Shown here piece after piece: positions 13,552 through 25,699 of a DNA stretch of 64,000 bases. The notes under the pieces were generated by a model. That model made no database searches. It worked only from the letters and a program-made list of their open reading frames with translations, and was not told the DNA's origin. The stretch comes from Botryllus schlosseri. Taxonomy: Eukaryota. The position numbers and the translations under genes are program-made. Position 1 is the stretch's first letter; the number at the start of each line of letters is the position of its first letter. Location: NCBI GenBank assembly GCA_051294905.1, contig CM119372.1:4216001-4280000 (forward strand), given 5' to 3'.

Positions 13552-14829
13552 CAGGGGTCGGCAAACCTCGGCACGCGTGCCATTTGTGGCACGCGAGATG
13601 ATTTTTCATGGCACGCCAAATGATTTGACGCAAACGTCATATTATAACCATGTTTTAGCAAAAAGTGAAATATAAGTTTTTAAAATGTACAAACCTCGTA
13701 GGCGACCAAATATTATTTCGTAAATCAACATCAAAGAGATTTTTTTTGGCATATTTTAATTATCTTGATATTTTTCCGCGCTCCGCGCGATTTATTGGGC
13801 TCTGATTTCATAATTATAATGTGCAAACCCCCCAAAATATGTATAATGTACAGAAATGAGTCCAACCGTATTAGCAATTATGAAAGAACGGCAACTTAAC
13901 ATCGCATGAAATCGTTTTGGAGCTTAGGCTAGGAGTGTGCTTGTGGAATGTGCAGCTTGCGGGAGCGCGACTATTATACGAGCCGGCATTTTGACGCAGG
14001 ACATTTTCACGCTATAGAAGACACGACATCGACCTTACGTTTTTGGTAACATGCGACCACGCGACTCCATGCGGTGTGTGTGCTGCTGAATGATTGGCGG
14101 TAATAAAACCTTGAAACAAAAATAATCGCCGCATGTTGGCCAAAACGTTCGACATTTCTTTGTCCAGTGTCGGAAATGACCAGCGCCGAATAGTCCAGCG
14201 CCCTTACGTATCAAGTGATACCCACCGAGGAAAACAATGAGCCCCGTGTCTCCATGCGGATTTGGAATCGTTCTCATCTCACGAAAGTAGATGTTATTTT
14301 AGTTTCGTTAAATATGTGTAAGTGATTCCAATGTATCTGGAGCAACGGCAACCTTCACCGCTTTACCGCGACCTTTGAAGCTTAGCAGTCAACCTAGTGC
14401 CAGACCAACCTTAATGTGACATCAAACCAACTTGTATCAGTTGTATGATACACTGATACAGGGGCAGAAACATTTTTCATCGTTAGTACATATCATCGTA
14501 ACAACATTGATTGGCTTGTCACTCATTGGATATGGTATAGCGAACGCATTTTGCTTGGAAATGACCAAAGCAACCACAGAATAATTGCGCGATTAAAAAT
14601 AAACGGTGCAAATAGTACGTACAGCGATATGTATAGTGTGGCAGCGCCCAATAATTTAAGAATCACTGTCGTAACCGATGCCATTGCCAAGTGCAGATAA
14701 CCGGTTGATGGGATTCCTTGCTTGAAACGCTAAGTATGACAAAATTTAAAATGTTTGGCACGCCAGTTTGTAATAATTTCACATTTTCGACATTTTGGCG
14801 CGCTGCATACAAAAGGTTGCCGGCCCCTG
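13552..14829. mobile_element. hAT non-autonomous element (1278 bp)
   Basis: TIRs caggggtcggcaaacct / aggttgccggcccctg. Perfect TSD GTATAATG. Confidence 0.92.
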
Positions 14830-15107
14830 GTATAATGGCTTAAGAATCTTGGCTCATATGTTCCCATGTCCAATGCCCATACGGTTACTCTGTATGTAAA
14901 AAGTATCAACGAGATCTCAACTAGACTGCTCGAAGGCCATCTGCGTGGTCTAAACCAGTCTTGACCAATTGTAATGAATCACTCGTGTCAGCTTATCAAT
15001 TGGAACTCAACTGCCACCAAGTGCAGTTATGTCGAATAAGCTCATTGGTCACCACCGATAGTACTGCTCGTTAGAAATAGTGATTATGTGGTGTGTCATT
15101 TTCTTAC

Positions 15108-15138
15108 ATTTTCCGCTTCTTTTTAGCATAAAACTCAT
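15108..15138 (-). CDS. Candidate first coding exon of the SLC6 gene (MSFMLKRSGK)
   Basis: ATG at 15138, 31 nt, then a gtaag donor in phase 1, which matches the phase-1 acceptor at 10195. No homology support. Confidence 0.25.
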
Positions 15139-16203
15139 CCGTTACAGTAGACAGATTGTTGCCGTCATTACTAAAGTCCTAATAGCGTCTAAATTACCCA
15201 GACAACATAGGCCTACCTAAAACTCTGGTTCTGGTATATAGCCACGCGGCAACAATGCAGCAAGAAACTATATCTAGTGAACTTGTAACCCCGTGGTACG
15301 ACTTTCAAAACAATTACACGTATATGCCAACGATAGTCAAATTGAATGTAATCTTACAGACCCCAAGGAAATACAACTACAGCAGCCAACCTATCTTTCT
15401 AAATGTCAAAGTCAAACCAAAGACTCTTACGGATCGCTCTATACTGGCATATATGGAGAATTGGAGATTTACGATATACTTCATCATCGCTGTGCGTGTG
15501 CATGTGCAATGTGCATCGATGTGTACTGAAACGTTTCAATAATTGCCCGCGTGGATCCAGTACACTTTCGTTGGCCTGATTGAATATATCTGACCAAGAA
15601 TGAATCACACAAACAGGGCTGCATTCAATGAAAGTTATAATTAACAACTATTGGTGTTTTGTGTCACTCTATATTTGACGATGCAATGTCGCATATACGA
15701 AGTTTGACCCCAGACACTTCTGACTATCCATGTTACGTGGTTCCTGTAGCATCGTTGTGTCTTTATTTGAACAAAGGTACAAAAGTAGGAGGTACAAAAG
15801 TTTACAACGCAATAACTTAATGTATATAGAGAGATTAAACCTATATTCATTATTCAGCATAATAAAATCAGACAATGAAACTTGAGAGAAATCATACGCA
15901 AATTCAAATTTTAGCCAATGTGACCATGTGGACACTGGACACTCAGGTGGACAGTGTCTTTTAGAGGCATGGGCGCGAAATATCCGTGACGTCACGTATA
16001 CAGTGCGATGTAAGAAACAAAGTGGGATCCATAATGGCAAAAAGTTAGGCCATAGCGCAGACTGAAATTCACCTGCAATATCATAGCACTTGAGGGTGAT
16101 TACTGCTGAAAAGTATCAACTCGGAAACCGTTTTTATGCTGTGAATCACATGAACTTGCGGATACGCGTCGAACTGCATACTAAAGTATGCATATATTTT
16201 ATT

Positions 16204-19200
16204 TTATATAGATACTTCGTCCCGTAAGAGTTCAGTGAATAGAAGAAATCTTTTGATCGAAGCGGGCAAGTACAGATCTTTGAGGGAACGCAATCGGTTG
16301 TGACCCAGGCTGCGGCGAATTGAAATGCGGCAAAGATGCGTTAGTTTCATGGGTTGTTCTAGAAATGAAAAGAATGAATAGGTCGTTTCACTCGTTTGCA
16401 TGACACTAAACAAGTCCAGAAAGAGATGCTTACTGCACAGCTCCTGTAAGAATGCCACGCATTCTTGCCTCATCGAAGACTGACCGTGACGGAACTGACC
16501 AAAGACTTTTGCAGCCTCGTCAATGTATGTCCTGTCGCCGTGTTGAAATCCGCCACACAGCGCAATCAGTTTTAGGAAGCGGACGTCGCATTGATGACGT
16601 AACACTGCTTTCACGGCGTTCGATCCACGGCTTTTGTCATTACTGCTGGTCTGAAGCTCAGCGCCATTCAATATTAGCAGTTTGAAGCATTCGAAATTGC
16701 GGTAGACTGCGTGGTAATGGAAAAGACACGTTCAAAGTGTTTATACGGGGACGAGGATCAAATCATGTACCAACTGTCATGTAGAGAGGAACGCTCCCGA
16801 AATGCGGAGAATTGCCTATCAAATTGGCGTTTCGTCCATTTACGTCAGCCCCGTATTTTATCAAGAGACGCAGGATTTCTACAAAGTTTTCACGAGCGGC
16901 GATGTAGATCGGCGTGGATAGATTGAGAATGCTCCCTTCTGGATTAGCACCTGAAGGTTACGAGTAAGTATAACATAAAAATTAGGAAACATACCGGTCC
17001 TAATAGCAGCATTGCAATGCAGACTTGGATAACACGATACGGTGAGTCTAGTTGCCTGATGAAATGTTTCTATGCTCTATAATTCCTATCTAATTTTTGG
17101 TTTACATGAAAATGCTACAGAAGAACTGTATAGTGCCAAACGACCCAAACTTGCCGTACAGACAGTTGCCATTCCATGCTTATGTAAATAAACTACGATT
17201 TGTTATGAGCAGAACTTAATTTTAATTGTATTTCTTTATAATTCGGAATTTACTTCAATTTCCAAGTTTTTGCGAATTCAGCAATTCTAATTATGATCTG
17301 ATTTGGAAGTAGATAAAATGCAAATTCTAGTCTAATTTGAAGCTGAAAATATTTTAAGTGTATAACTCTCGTGCAGTGCAGCATTTGCTACGATGATTCC
17401 ATGCAAGCAAAATAGACAGAGTGAGAGAGAGAGAGAGAGAGAGAGGGAGAGATACAGGCAGGGAGGGAGAACAGATGAGATCAGGAAAGCTGAAAGGTAT
17501 ACCGGTACCTGCATCGAGTAGTTCTTTGAGGCAAGCGACGTGATTATGTTTTGCAGCAGCGAATAAAGCTGTCTGAGCCTTTACATTAGGAATTTCAAGA
17601 CTGAAGTGTGAGATATAGATCAGAATTACAAGAACTGAAAGAGCAACTATAATATGTAAACCGTCTACTCACTCGGCTCCAGACTCGCACAACACTCTCA
17701 CGGTCTCTGAGTGACCCCTGGACGCTGCAATCCACAGGGAAGTACAGCCGAATTTATCTCTCCTGTTCAGTGACTCCCTGGCGAGACGCTCGCCTGCTTC
17801 TGTGATCTCGCCGTAAAACTCTTCCCGGTCGAAGGACAAATCTGGGTGTCGCGACATGTCAATGTCTGAAAGTATGCAACAAACAGATATGTGTCCTTAG
17901 GTCAAATTGTTATTTTCTGAACCCAAGATCACACTGTCAACAGTGGAAGCTATTTCCCTTCATTTTAGTGTTGTGCTGTTATATTTCAATTTTCGTTATT
18001 TCCTAGCTCGTTTTATTTTCCTACTTAACTGAAGAAGTTGATCATCAGTACTTACGGGGCCTACGGTACTTACAAATATATATGCGTGACTCTCCCTCAA
18101 CAACATATTTTTAAACACAAGTTTGACAATTATAGAAATTTATCTCATTCATGACTTGCATGGTTGTTAATATTGACTATAATGTATTTCATAATGGACG
18201 AAATAAACGAACTCTCTTGCTATGCAATATGAGCGGTTGGGCTCGGTATGGGCGTTATAGTGAGTTGGATTAAACACCTGTTATAGTTTGGTAGTTCGGA
18301 AGTTCGAAGCTATAGTTTTGAACCTACAAATTGCACAATTGCATATCTGCCCGAATGGAATTCAACGGCATTTCCATTTGCCTAACCCGGTTGTTTTAGG
18401 CTGGAACTTTGCGCATATGCAATAAAACATGCCCCGTGCCCTCGTCAAGGCATCGATGTCGCAATAAACGCATTCAATTTAATAACGAATGCGTGCTTCT
18501 CTAGAAGTGACCGCATCCTCTATTCCTCATATAACGTCAGGCCAAGAAACTTTTATATGTACACAAATGCTGCTATTGTGGGTCCAGTAATGGGCGTATA
18601 GGCTGGGCAAACTGGGCAATTGGGCATAGTGTCCAATTGAAAATTGAACACATGTCGGCATCTTGCGGATGTTTAATAAACCTGGACTATGCTCAACGAA
18701 TGAGTTTCAAGCAAGCCGTGTGCACCGTGATCCTTTCACCCACTTTCCTATCAACAAACATATCGTTGTGGTATAACAGTTCAATTAAATAGTATATTCA
18801 TATTGAAATGAACCCGAATATTTTCGGCTGACACTCGTCAGGGGTAATCGTCAGCAACTAGTAGAGAATTGGAAAGAACATTGTATATCAACAATCGTAT
18901 CACAAAATATGACGTCACCAGCATGAAAGAGAGAGCGTTCAATGTACTATTTTTAGGTGGTACGCGAACTCCTTTTGTTGACAGAGTTTTGGTTGGTGTA
19001 TTTTGATAAAAGTTGATTCCAAGGCACACAAATGGAATTGTGAGCGACCTCGCCCTACGATTCGAAATCGGTCGTCTCGATAATTATTCGCACAAATCGG
19101 ATTATCCAACAGATGTTTGCCGATGGCAGAATTAATGGCCTTTGATCGATCAGCATCAATCTCGGATTTTATCAAATCAATTTGGATCAATCACGGATTT

Positions 19201-19865
19201 TATCAAATCAATTTGGAGTTGGTATGGTGCCTCGTGACGGGTTTATATCTTTTCCGACTGACCGTGTCGAGTGAAATGAATTCGGCATATTATTATCCCT
19301 AGTTGCTTTCTCATACTTACGTAACTGTCTTGGCTTGATTGGTCGACCAGATAATAGTGAACGAACCTGAAAAAGCGGTTCACTAAATGCCAACTGCAGT
19401 CGCAATAATTTGAGACTTAGCGGACTTTAAAAACTTCGCCTTGTGGGGACGCCGCATATACCAGGGTTACAAACAGGTCTTGTTATGGCAGTGCCAACCG
19501 TACATCCACTTATTATATTATACCATTGTTTCGCCCAACACATTATTCAAATGCGTTTTCCTGGCGACTGGACTATGGTCACCACAATTGAAAAATTAAC
19601 TTACTAATCGCCACGAATATATGAGTAAGAATACCATTAATCACCATAAGAATATTTTGCCAATTTCAACGTCTGTAAACGTATAAATTAATCCCAAAAT
19701 GATGTCTACGCCCACCAGTTCGTGATTGCCTCGTCTAGCGGCGACATGGAGTTTGGATTCTTCAGCTCCTCCGATGCCCGAAAACATAGAGCGTACCACT
19801 TCTTTGATATCGCATTCAGAAGTTGGCCTGTCGTCGTCACTGGTAATATGTTCGCCAAAGATCAT
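16204..19865 (-). CDS. Ankyrin repeat and SOCS box protein, ASB1/ASB12-like (about 362 aa from these exons)
   Basis: Exons (minus): 19865-19716, 19366-19321, 17865-17673, 17600-17509, 16950-16771, 16706-16434, 16358-16204; total 1089 nt in frame. Ankyrin repeats: SKLHVAARRGNHELVRSLL, TSLWIAASRGHSETVRVLCESGAD, KAQTALFAAAKHNHVACLKELLDAGANPEG, STPIYIAARENFVEILRLLIKYGADVN. SOCS box: PMKLTHLCRISIRRSLG...LYLPASIKRFLLF. Confidence 0.9.
17423..17452. repeat. (GA)n microsatellite in an ASB intron
   Basis: gagagagagagagagagagagagggagaga. Confidence 0.9.
18780..19217 (-). mobile_element. Penelope-like element 3' fragment: GIY-YIG endonuclease C-terminus plus terminal repeat (pLTR)
   Basis: ORF 19190-18939 SAIGKHLLDNPICANNY...GRSQFHLCALESTFIKIHQPKLCQQKEFAYHLKI is the typical PLE endonuclease tail. 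It lies in ASB intron 2. Confidence 0.85.
18811..18846 (-). ncRNA. Minimal type I hammerhead ribozyme (PLE-associated, dimer type)
   Basis: Minus strand reads UACCC-CUGACGA-G UGUCAGC C-GAA-AAUAUU-C-GGGU: intact core CUGAnGA/GAAA, 1-bp stem II, palindromic stem III AAUAUU, UUC cleavage triplet, stem I ACCC/GGGU. Confidence 0.8.
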
Positions 19866-20672
19866 CTGGGTGACAATTCACAATTCAGTCAAGAACTTTC
19901 AATGAATAGCACACTATTTGTCGGCTGACATTTAATATCGTACCGAAACCCAGAGTTTGTCGAAAAAAGACATAATTAAGAAGTTTTTGCGACATTCGAC
20001 ATAATAAAAAAATGTTTGAGATATTCATATACACAATACCAATATTGATGCCTGTCACCGATATCAATGTTGGTGTGCGTCCATGGTTGCGACGGGGAAA
20101 AAGTATGTTGGACGTTAGCGCAAGAAAAGTCACAATAAATAGTACTATAACAAGAACGTACGCGCAGCGAGGAAACCAAACACTGAAGTGGAAACGTGAC
20201 ATTGATTGATATATTCAATAATTTACAATAGATATATTTGTGATTGAAACACGGCCTGATCCGTCGTTAAGTCTAAATTGAAACTAATTTGATTGTCACT
20301 GCTTGTATGTATACAGTCATTTGATACCCTCCCGTTCATCACTTTGAGCCAATATCTGTTCAAAACCATCTAGACCTGACTGACCTGCACTGCCTATTGT
20401 ACGGCCAGGTTATCGACAGTCTATACTTCGCGCGCCCAGTGCAAGAATAATAATTATTACCATTCTGCAATGAGAAATAAACTACATTTCACTTTAGTTA
20501 GCTTCACGTATTTAAGGCAATGACCCTATAGTTCTGTGATGATTAAGTTGTACGGTCAAGCGAGGATTCAAATCGCGATAGTTTCTGAAGTAGTCCAATG
20601 CACCAGCGCCTGTCAACCTGTGATCTGTTAATGGCTTGTAACCTACTTGCGTTCCGATAAGTGAAAACTTAC

Positions 20673-20690
20673 GTCGGCAGTCTTTCCCAT
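20673..20690 (-). CDS. Candidate upstream micro first exon of the ASB gene (MGKTAD)
   Basis: ATG GGA AAG ACT GCC GAC followed by gtaagt, phase 0. The ASB exon at 19865 starts directly after an acceptor (cccag|ATG). Confidence 0.35.
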
Positions 20691-21049
20691 CAACGGCTGC
20701 TACTTGCAACGAAAGTGTGAACACGGTCGCCTGCTATCATATATTGCGTTGGGAATTGAGTGCCAGCATGTATAAGCTCTACAGTGAACTATACGTTTCA
20801 ACTGCGGCACTGTTGAGTTGTTCGTGCGCAGCTGCTATCAATGTGATGTTGGTAATTCTCCATTTGGATGATAAGAGATAACATCGTGAGATACTTCCTG
20901 GACCATCGCATATTCCTCATTGATAGCTAATAGCTTGACATGTGAAATGCGTCCTTGGTACTTATCACCTCTCATCAAATCACACCACCGTATGAATCTG
21001 GACTATTAAACAATTTGTACGAAGCAAGAACTACAAATTTAGTTGGCGT

Positions 21050-21195
21050 CAATTCAATTCAATTTATTGCTTACAATTTCTTCATTTCAATACACCACAA
21101 GGCACAAGCCTGAGACACAATGAAAGATAGGAAGGTGTCGAAACAACTTGGAGCAGTCTTCGAAATCAGACACCCACCTGGCCTTAGCGATATAA
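21050..21195. repeat. Interspersed repeat, probable SINE/LINE 3' tail (copies about 5110-5230, 29830-29985, 44190-44315)
   Basis: Shared gactactccaagtcgtttcgacaccttcctatctttcatt core. One end is (aattg)n-like. Confidence 0.65.
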
Positions 21196-22688
21196 AAAGA
21201 AGTCATGCACATTGCACACTGAATGAAAAGTGAAAGAAGAAAATATAAAAGGACCTTTAAAACTTAAAATCAACCCAAAGTGTAATTCAGACAAAAGTCT
21301 GCAGCACTTTATTTGTTTGGGATAGGATTGCGCTGAAAAGGGCATATTTTGTCCTTATCATATTGCTGTTCATTTGTTGCTTATCATAATGCTGAATTGA
21401 CCTCCAGCCTTGTCATACTCTTCGTGTCTGTTGTTTTTCTATTTTCTGTTCATACTTTGATGGGAAAGCTAGCCGCAAGGTAAGTCATCATCCTTGCACC
21501 AGTGATACATCCATTTGTACTCCCTGTGAAAACTGTCCTTGTTTGATTTTGCCGCTTTTCATGCAGATGTTGTCGTTAACGATATTGCACAAGTTTACTG
21601 AAACGAATAAGCGACAGGCTCCACATGTGGCGAAGGGCGCATCCAAAATAATTTCCCACGGTAGTATCGTTATGGCAGGCGCATTAGTCAAATGCTGTTC
21701 ACCGTGCATCGACGAAATGCAGAATCGTAATTTCCCACAGTCAACACCAGAGAAGACTCATAACTTTGTATAGATGTGTTCCTCCCTCCAACGGAATTGC
21801 AAGTAATAAGGAATTTGTTTTTACGAAGAAATAATTATTCCCAAGTGATTTAGGTCATGTTTTTCATCGCGGTGATTCTTCAATGACAGCGCGATGTTAC
21901 ATGCTTTTTCAAATACCAGCACAGTTCGTTAAAATTTAAATAAATTCAACATATTCATGGCCTTTGGGAAACATGTTTTTCAATTGTGACTTATGTCCTG
22001 TTCAACTGAGGTTTCGAGGCTCCAACTACGGGAATAGAGTACTGGAACTGATTTTTGCTAGTTAAATATTACTAATTGTTTGAAGGCGTATATCTTCGCG
22101 AAGAAAAGAAATCGACTCTCGACGGGCACCCTTTGAAAACTCATTAACGCTCGAGTCCCCGCGATAAATTCAAAATGTTGCAAAATTCCAAGATCGTGGA
22201 ATTACAGAATCCAGTTTGCTCAGAATGTACAGTGCTGAACTTATTTCATGTGACCAATCTGCTTGTTGACTCTCCACACTTTTTTAAAACCGTGGCACAT
22301 TTTGGCTTGTAAATACGCACCTCGCGATGCCAATTAAATAACGCGGATAGGGAGGTGTAGTGATATAGTCAGTATATTTTCTTCTGCGCCGTGGTGGTGT
22401 TTTGACGGCGCAGCCACAGGATTATGGAGTCAACAGACTCAGTCCCATCATTTTCCCCCCTCGCAATCCCGGAGCTCCAAACACCAATGGACGGGAAACC
22501 GTGGAATCTAACCGGGCTTAACTCAAATTATTTAGGTAAATTAGTAATGTATTGGATCTGCGTTACATACGCAGATTCACAGAATCGTGGGTTAAAGTAC
22601 GTATAAGGACGGGCTGGACAAACTATACCCGATTGATTCGATTCTGAATCGATTCGAGTCGAGTTTTCGAGTATCACTAACGGAGGTC

Positions 22689-23113
22689 CGGGGTTGCAGT
22701 TATAACAAACGGTGTTTTAAAACACTTTGTTTAAATCATGTTTTAAACAAAGGCATTTAAATTTTGTTTTTGTTTTTTTAATTGCAAAATTATGCCATAA
22801 TTGCTCATACAGCATGTTGTATGAGCGTACGGACAATTACTACCCTATATAGCCGACGTATATCGATATGGAATGGTTGAAACCCTCAAAATAGTCGGTT
22901 CAACAGTAATAGTACAGATATTTCGTCAAAGGAGCTATATTTACCCAATAGTTTCAATTGTCAATGTCAATCCAATATGACGTCAAAATTGACTCTGCGT
23001 GACATCATGGCGTGAAAAACAAACAAACAAAACAATAAAAAACATGTTTTAAACAAGGGCCTTGTTTTAAACTTGTTTGTTTTAAATTTATTTTTATTTT
23101 AAATGCAACCCTA
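22689..23113. mobile_element. hAT-type MITE nested in a second MITE; partial copy at about 53520-53668
   Basis: Ends (c)gggttgcagtt / aaatgcaacccta. TSD cggaggtc vs ctgaggtc. Confidence 0.7.
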
Positions 23114-23613
23114 CTGAGGTCACAACAGTCTCGATGATTTGGAAAGTTTAAGTATCGCAAATCACATCATTAGCGATCACAAAGAAAGCAATTCAGGTTA
23201 CACACCACACCACATCAAAGATAATTTGATATCTTTTTTCGATCATACCAAATACATGTGTAATAGCCCTCCTGCGCCCCTATTCGGGTTCGCTATTGGT
23301 CATGCTCTGGTTGTTGGGCGGAGAGCATGATGTCTTCCGTTCTCGTCGCGAAACGTATAATTTTAGTATTCGAAAATATCATATCTCACTGCGTGACGCG
23401 AATCATTAAAATTAATGCTCGATTCAGATTCGAGGATTCGAATCAACGACCCAGTGACCCAATTCGGCAGAGAGGAAAGCCGTGACGCAACTTTCCCGTG
23501 TATTCACTCGGGTTGAAAACCGCTGCCATGGAACTTTCATTTTAGCTATTCGTGCGTGAGAGGGAGATTAATTAATTAAATCGATTTAAATATTGACGTG
23601 TATATTTAAATTA

Positions 23614-24494
23614 TAGGGCTGGTCTTCATCGAGTACCTGCGTGATTCGATTCTGAATCACGTATTATGCTTCGAGTCGAGTATTCGAGTATCACTCACTA
23701 TGACGTCATAACAGAACATAAATATGTCAAAGTTCAAATTTGTACCTTTTATGTCGCCAAAAAGAATATAACGCATGTTATCCATCACATTAAAGACCCA
23801 TTGCCGCCTGAAAGCGCATTTATATAAAATTGGATGTAGCGACACCGACCTATGCGACCATTGTACAGTACCTGAAACAGTCGAGCATTTTTTTGCTGCA
23901 CTGCAATCGATATGATTTTCATCGGAACTTTTTATTCGACAGGGCGCGCGAGCTCAAAATCACTGCAACACTCGAAAATCTACTGATCATCCCCGAAATG
24001 TTATCCCATGTTGCAGAATTTGTTATATCTTGTGGTACTTACTTGTAAATCGGTTCTTGCCCATATTTTGGTATATCGCTCATTCTAGTCCCTGACGCAC
24101 CTGGCCTTACAGGCGAAAAGCGTCACTCATCTTTTCATCAATAATAATAATAATAATCACATTAAAGATGGTTTTGTATTTTTTCGACCATACCGATTTC
24201 ATTGCACTTTGTGACAATGTTGTGGGATGATCATGACTTCGGAAATGTTTTATTTCCAGTAACGTTCGGACCTTGGTATATGTTTTGTATGCTGCGATAC
24301 GGCCAATCAAGGTTACAAGGCCCCCACAGTGGAAAATAGTATCTAAACTATAATTCTCGTTGATAAATATACATTTCAGTGACGAGGATCGTATAATTTC
24401 AGTACTCGAAAATATCGTATTTTTCTACTCGACTCGAATCATTATTAAATACTCGATTCGGATTCGAGTACTCGAATCATTGTGCCCGGCCCTA
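23614..24494. mobile_element. hAT-type MITE (TAGGGCTGG family; relatives near 22620, 57420-57680, 59130-59160)
   Basis: TIRs tagggctgg / ccggcccta. Perfect TSD TTAAATTA. Internal gattcga/tcgagta repeats. Confidence 0.88.
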
Positions 24495-25047
24495 TTAAAT
24501 TACCTTAGCAAAATTAATCGGAATAGCATTAAAACCATGGAATGGATATCATTTGGATGCCCAACAAGAGTGGAATCACGATGTACACAAAACCCATCAG
24601 CATTGTGCATTTTGTTCACCAAGCAGTTTTCTATACAATTGTGGTAGTCTCTGCGTGTTCCCTTGGGAGATAGGTTGAATGAATAGCCTACCCGTCTAAA
24701 AGATTTGTGGAATTCTAATCGTGCAATATCTAGCAAGCAATTAGAAACGGACTCAATTAAATGATAGGAGCTACCGTGTTCACAATTGATGTTTGCATTC
24801 CGAGGTTACCTTGCTCAAACTTCTGACAGTTGATTCACAATTTAAAGAGCGAAATCTAAGCATTTTATTGTCAACTCCCTAATTCGCTTCGTTATTTTAC
24901 CGTATAGTAAACTCAAATCAGCACTCCTGTATATAGGAACCACGGGATATACATAGGATTAAGAGTACGTCTGCATGTTGCGTGAATGACTCTGAAATAT
25001 AAGTAAGCGACTTTTCCCACATCGCTTTCTTCACATAAAAACCAATT

Positions 25048-25078
25048 CAGATGTAGTCAGATGTTTCAGTTGCAGTTG
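25048..25078 (+). promoter_or_regulatory. Cluster of four E-boxes upstream of HAND
   Basis: CAGATG at 25048 and 25058; CAGTTG at 25067 and 25073. About 620 bp upstream of the HAND ATG. Confidence 0.4.
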
Positions 25079-25699
25079 ATGATTCTTGTCACATCACCAA
25101 ACTGTTATTTAACAATATGCCAGACATAAATGAGAAATCCTTCCAGCATATCCTATTTAAAAGAGAGATTGGCGATTCAAGAAAGGGCAAAAGTTGGGAT
25201 TGTCTGTATAGTTATGATTTCATTGCTAACAGAAATGCTATATAAGACTAACAGACAGGCAGCGTGTGCTTATTACCTCACAAACTGCGCTACCATGTTA
25301 CTTTCAGTGATAAGAAGAAAGTAAAGGGTCGCCATTTTGTATGCCAAGATATACATCAACTGACAGAGTAAATGGAGCAAGTATAGATTCCTAAGCATAC
25401 ACTTATGCATATGGTGTTATAGAAGCGATATCCTTTACCGGTGACGGTGAGAAAGTACAGCAGAATGCAAATAGGTAATATTTTTGTGTATCGTCAAGTG
25501 CCGAGTCGGAGAGGTTCTGTTATTGATCGAAATAGAAGTCATATAATATATAATAATACCTATGATTTTATTCGAGGCTGATTGCAGCGATAAGACAATA
25601 TAGACCGGGCTTTTAAACGTGACTTCAAATTTACAGAAACTGTTACTACTCGCCCAACGCGTTTATTTCCTACCAGTAAGTTGATAGGTTCTGTCAAGA

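Noticed and set aside
15293-15529. ORF with YANDSQI (RT YADD-like) and HRCAC (cystine-knot-like) words
   Set aside because: Only isolated short matches, no other family motifs and no consistent exon structure.
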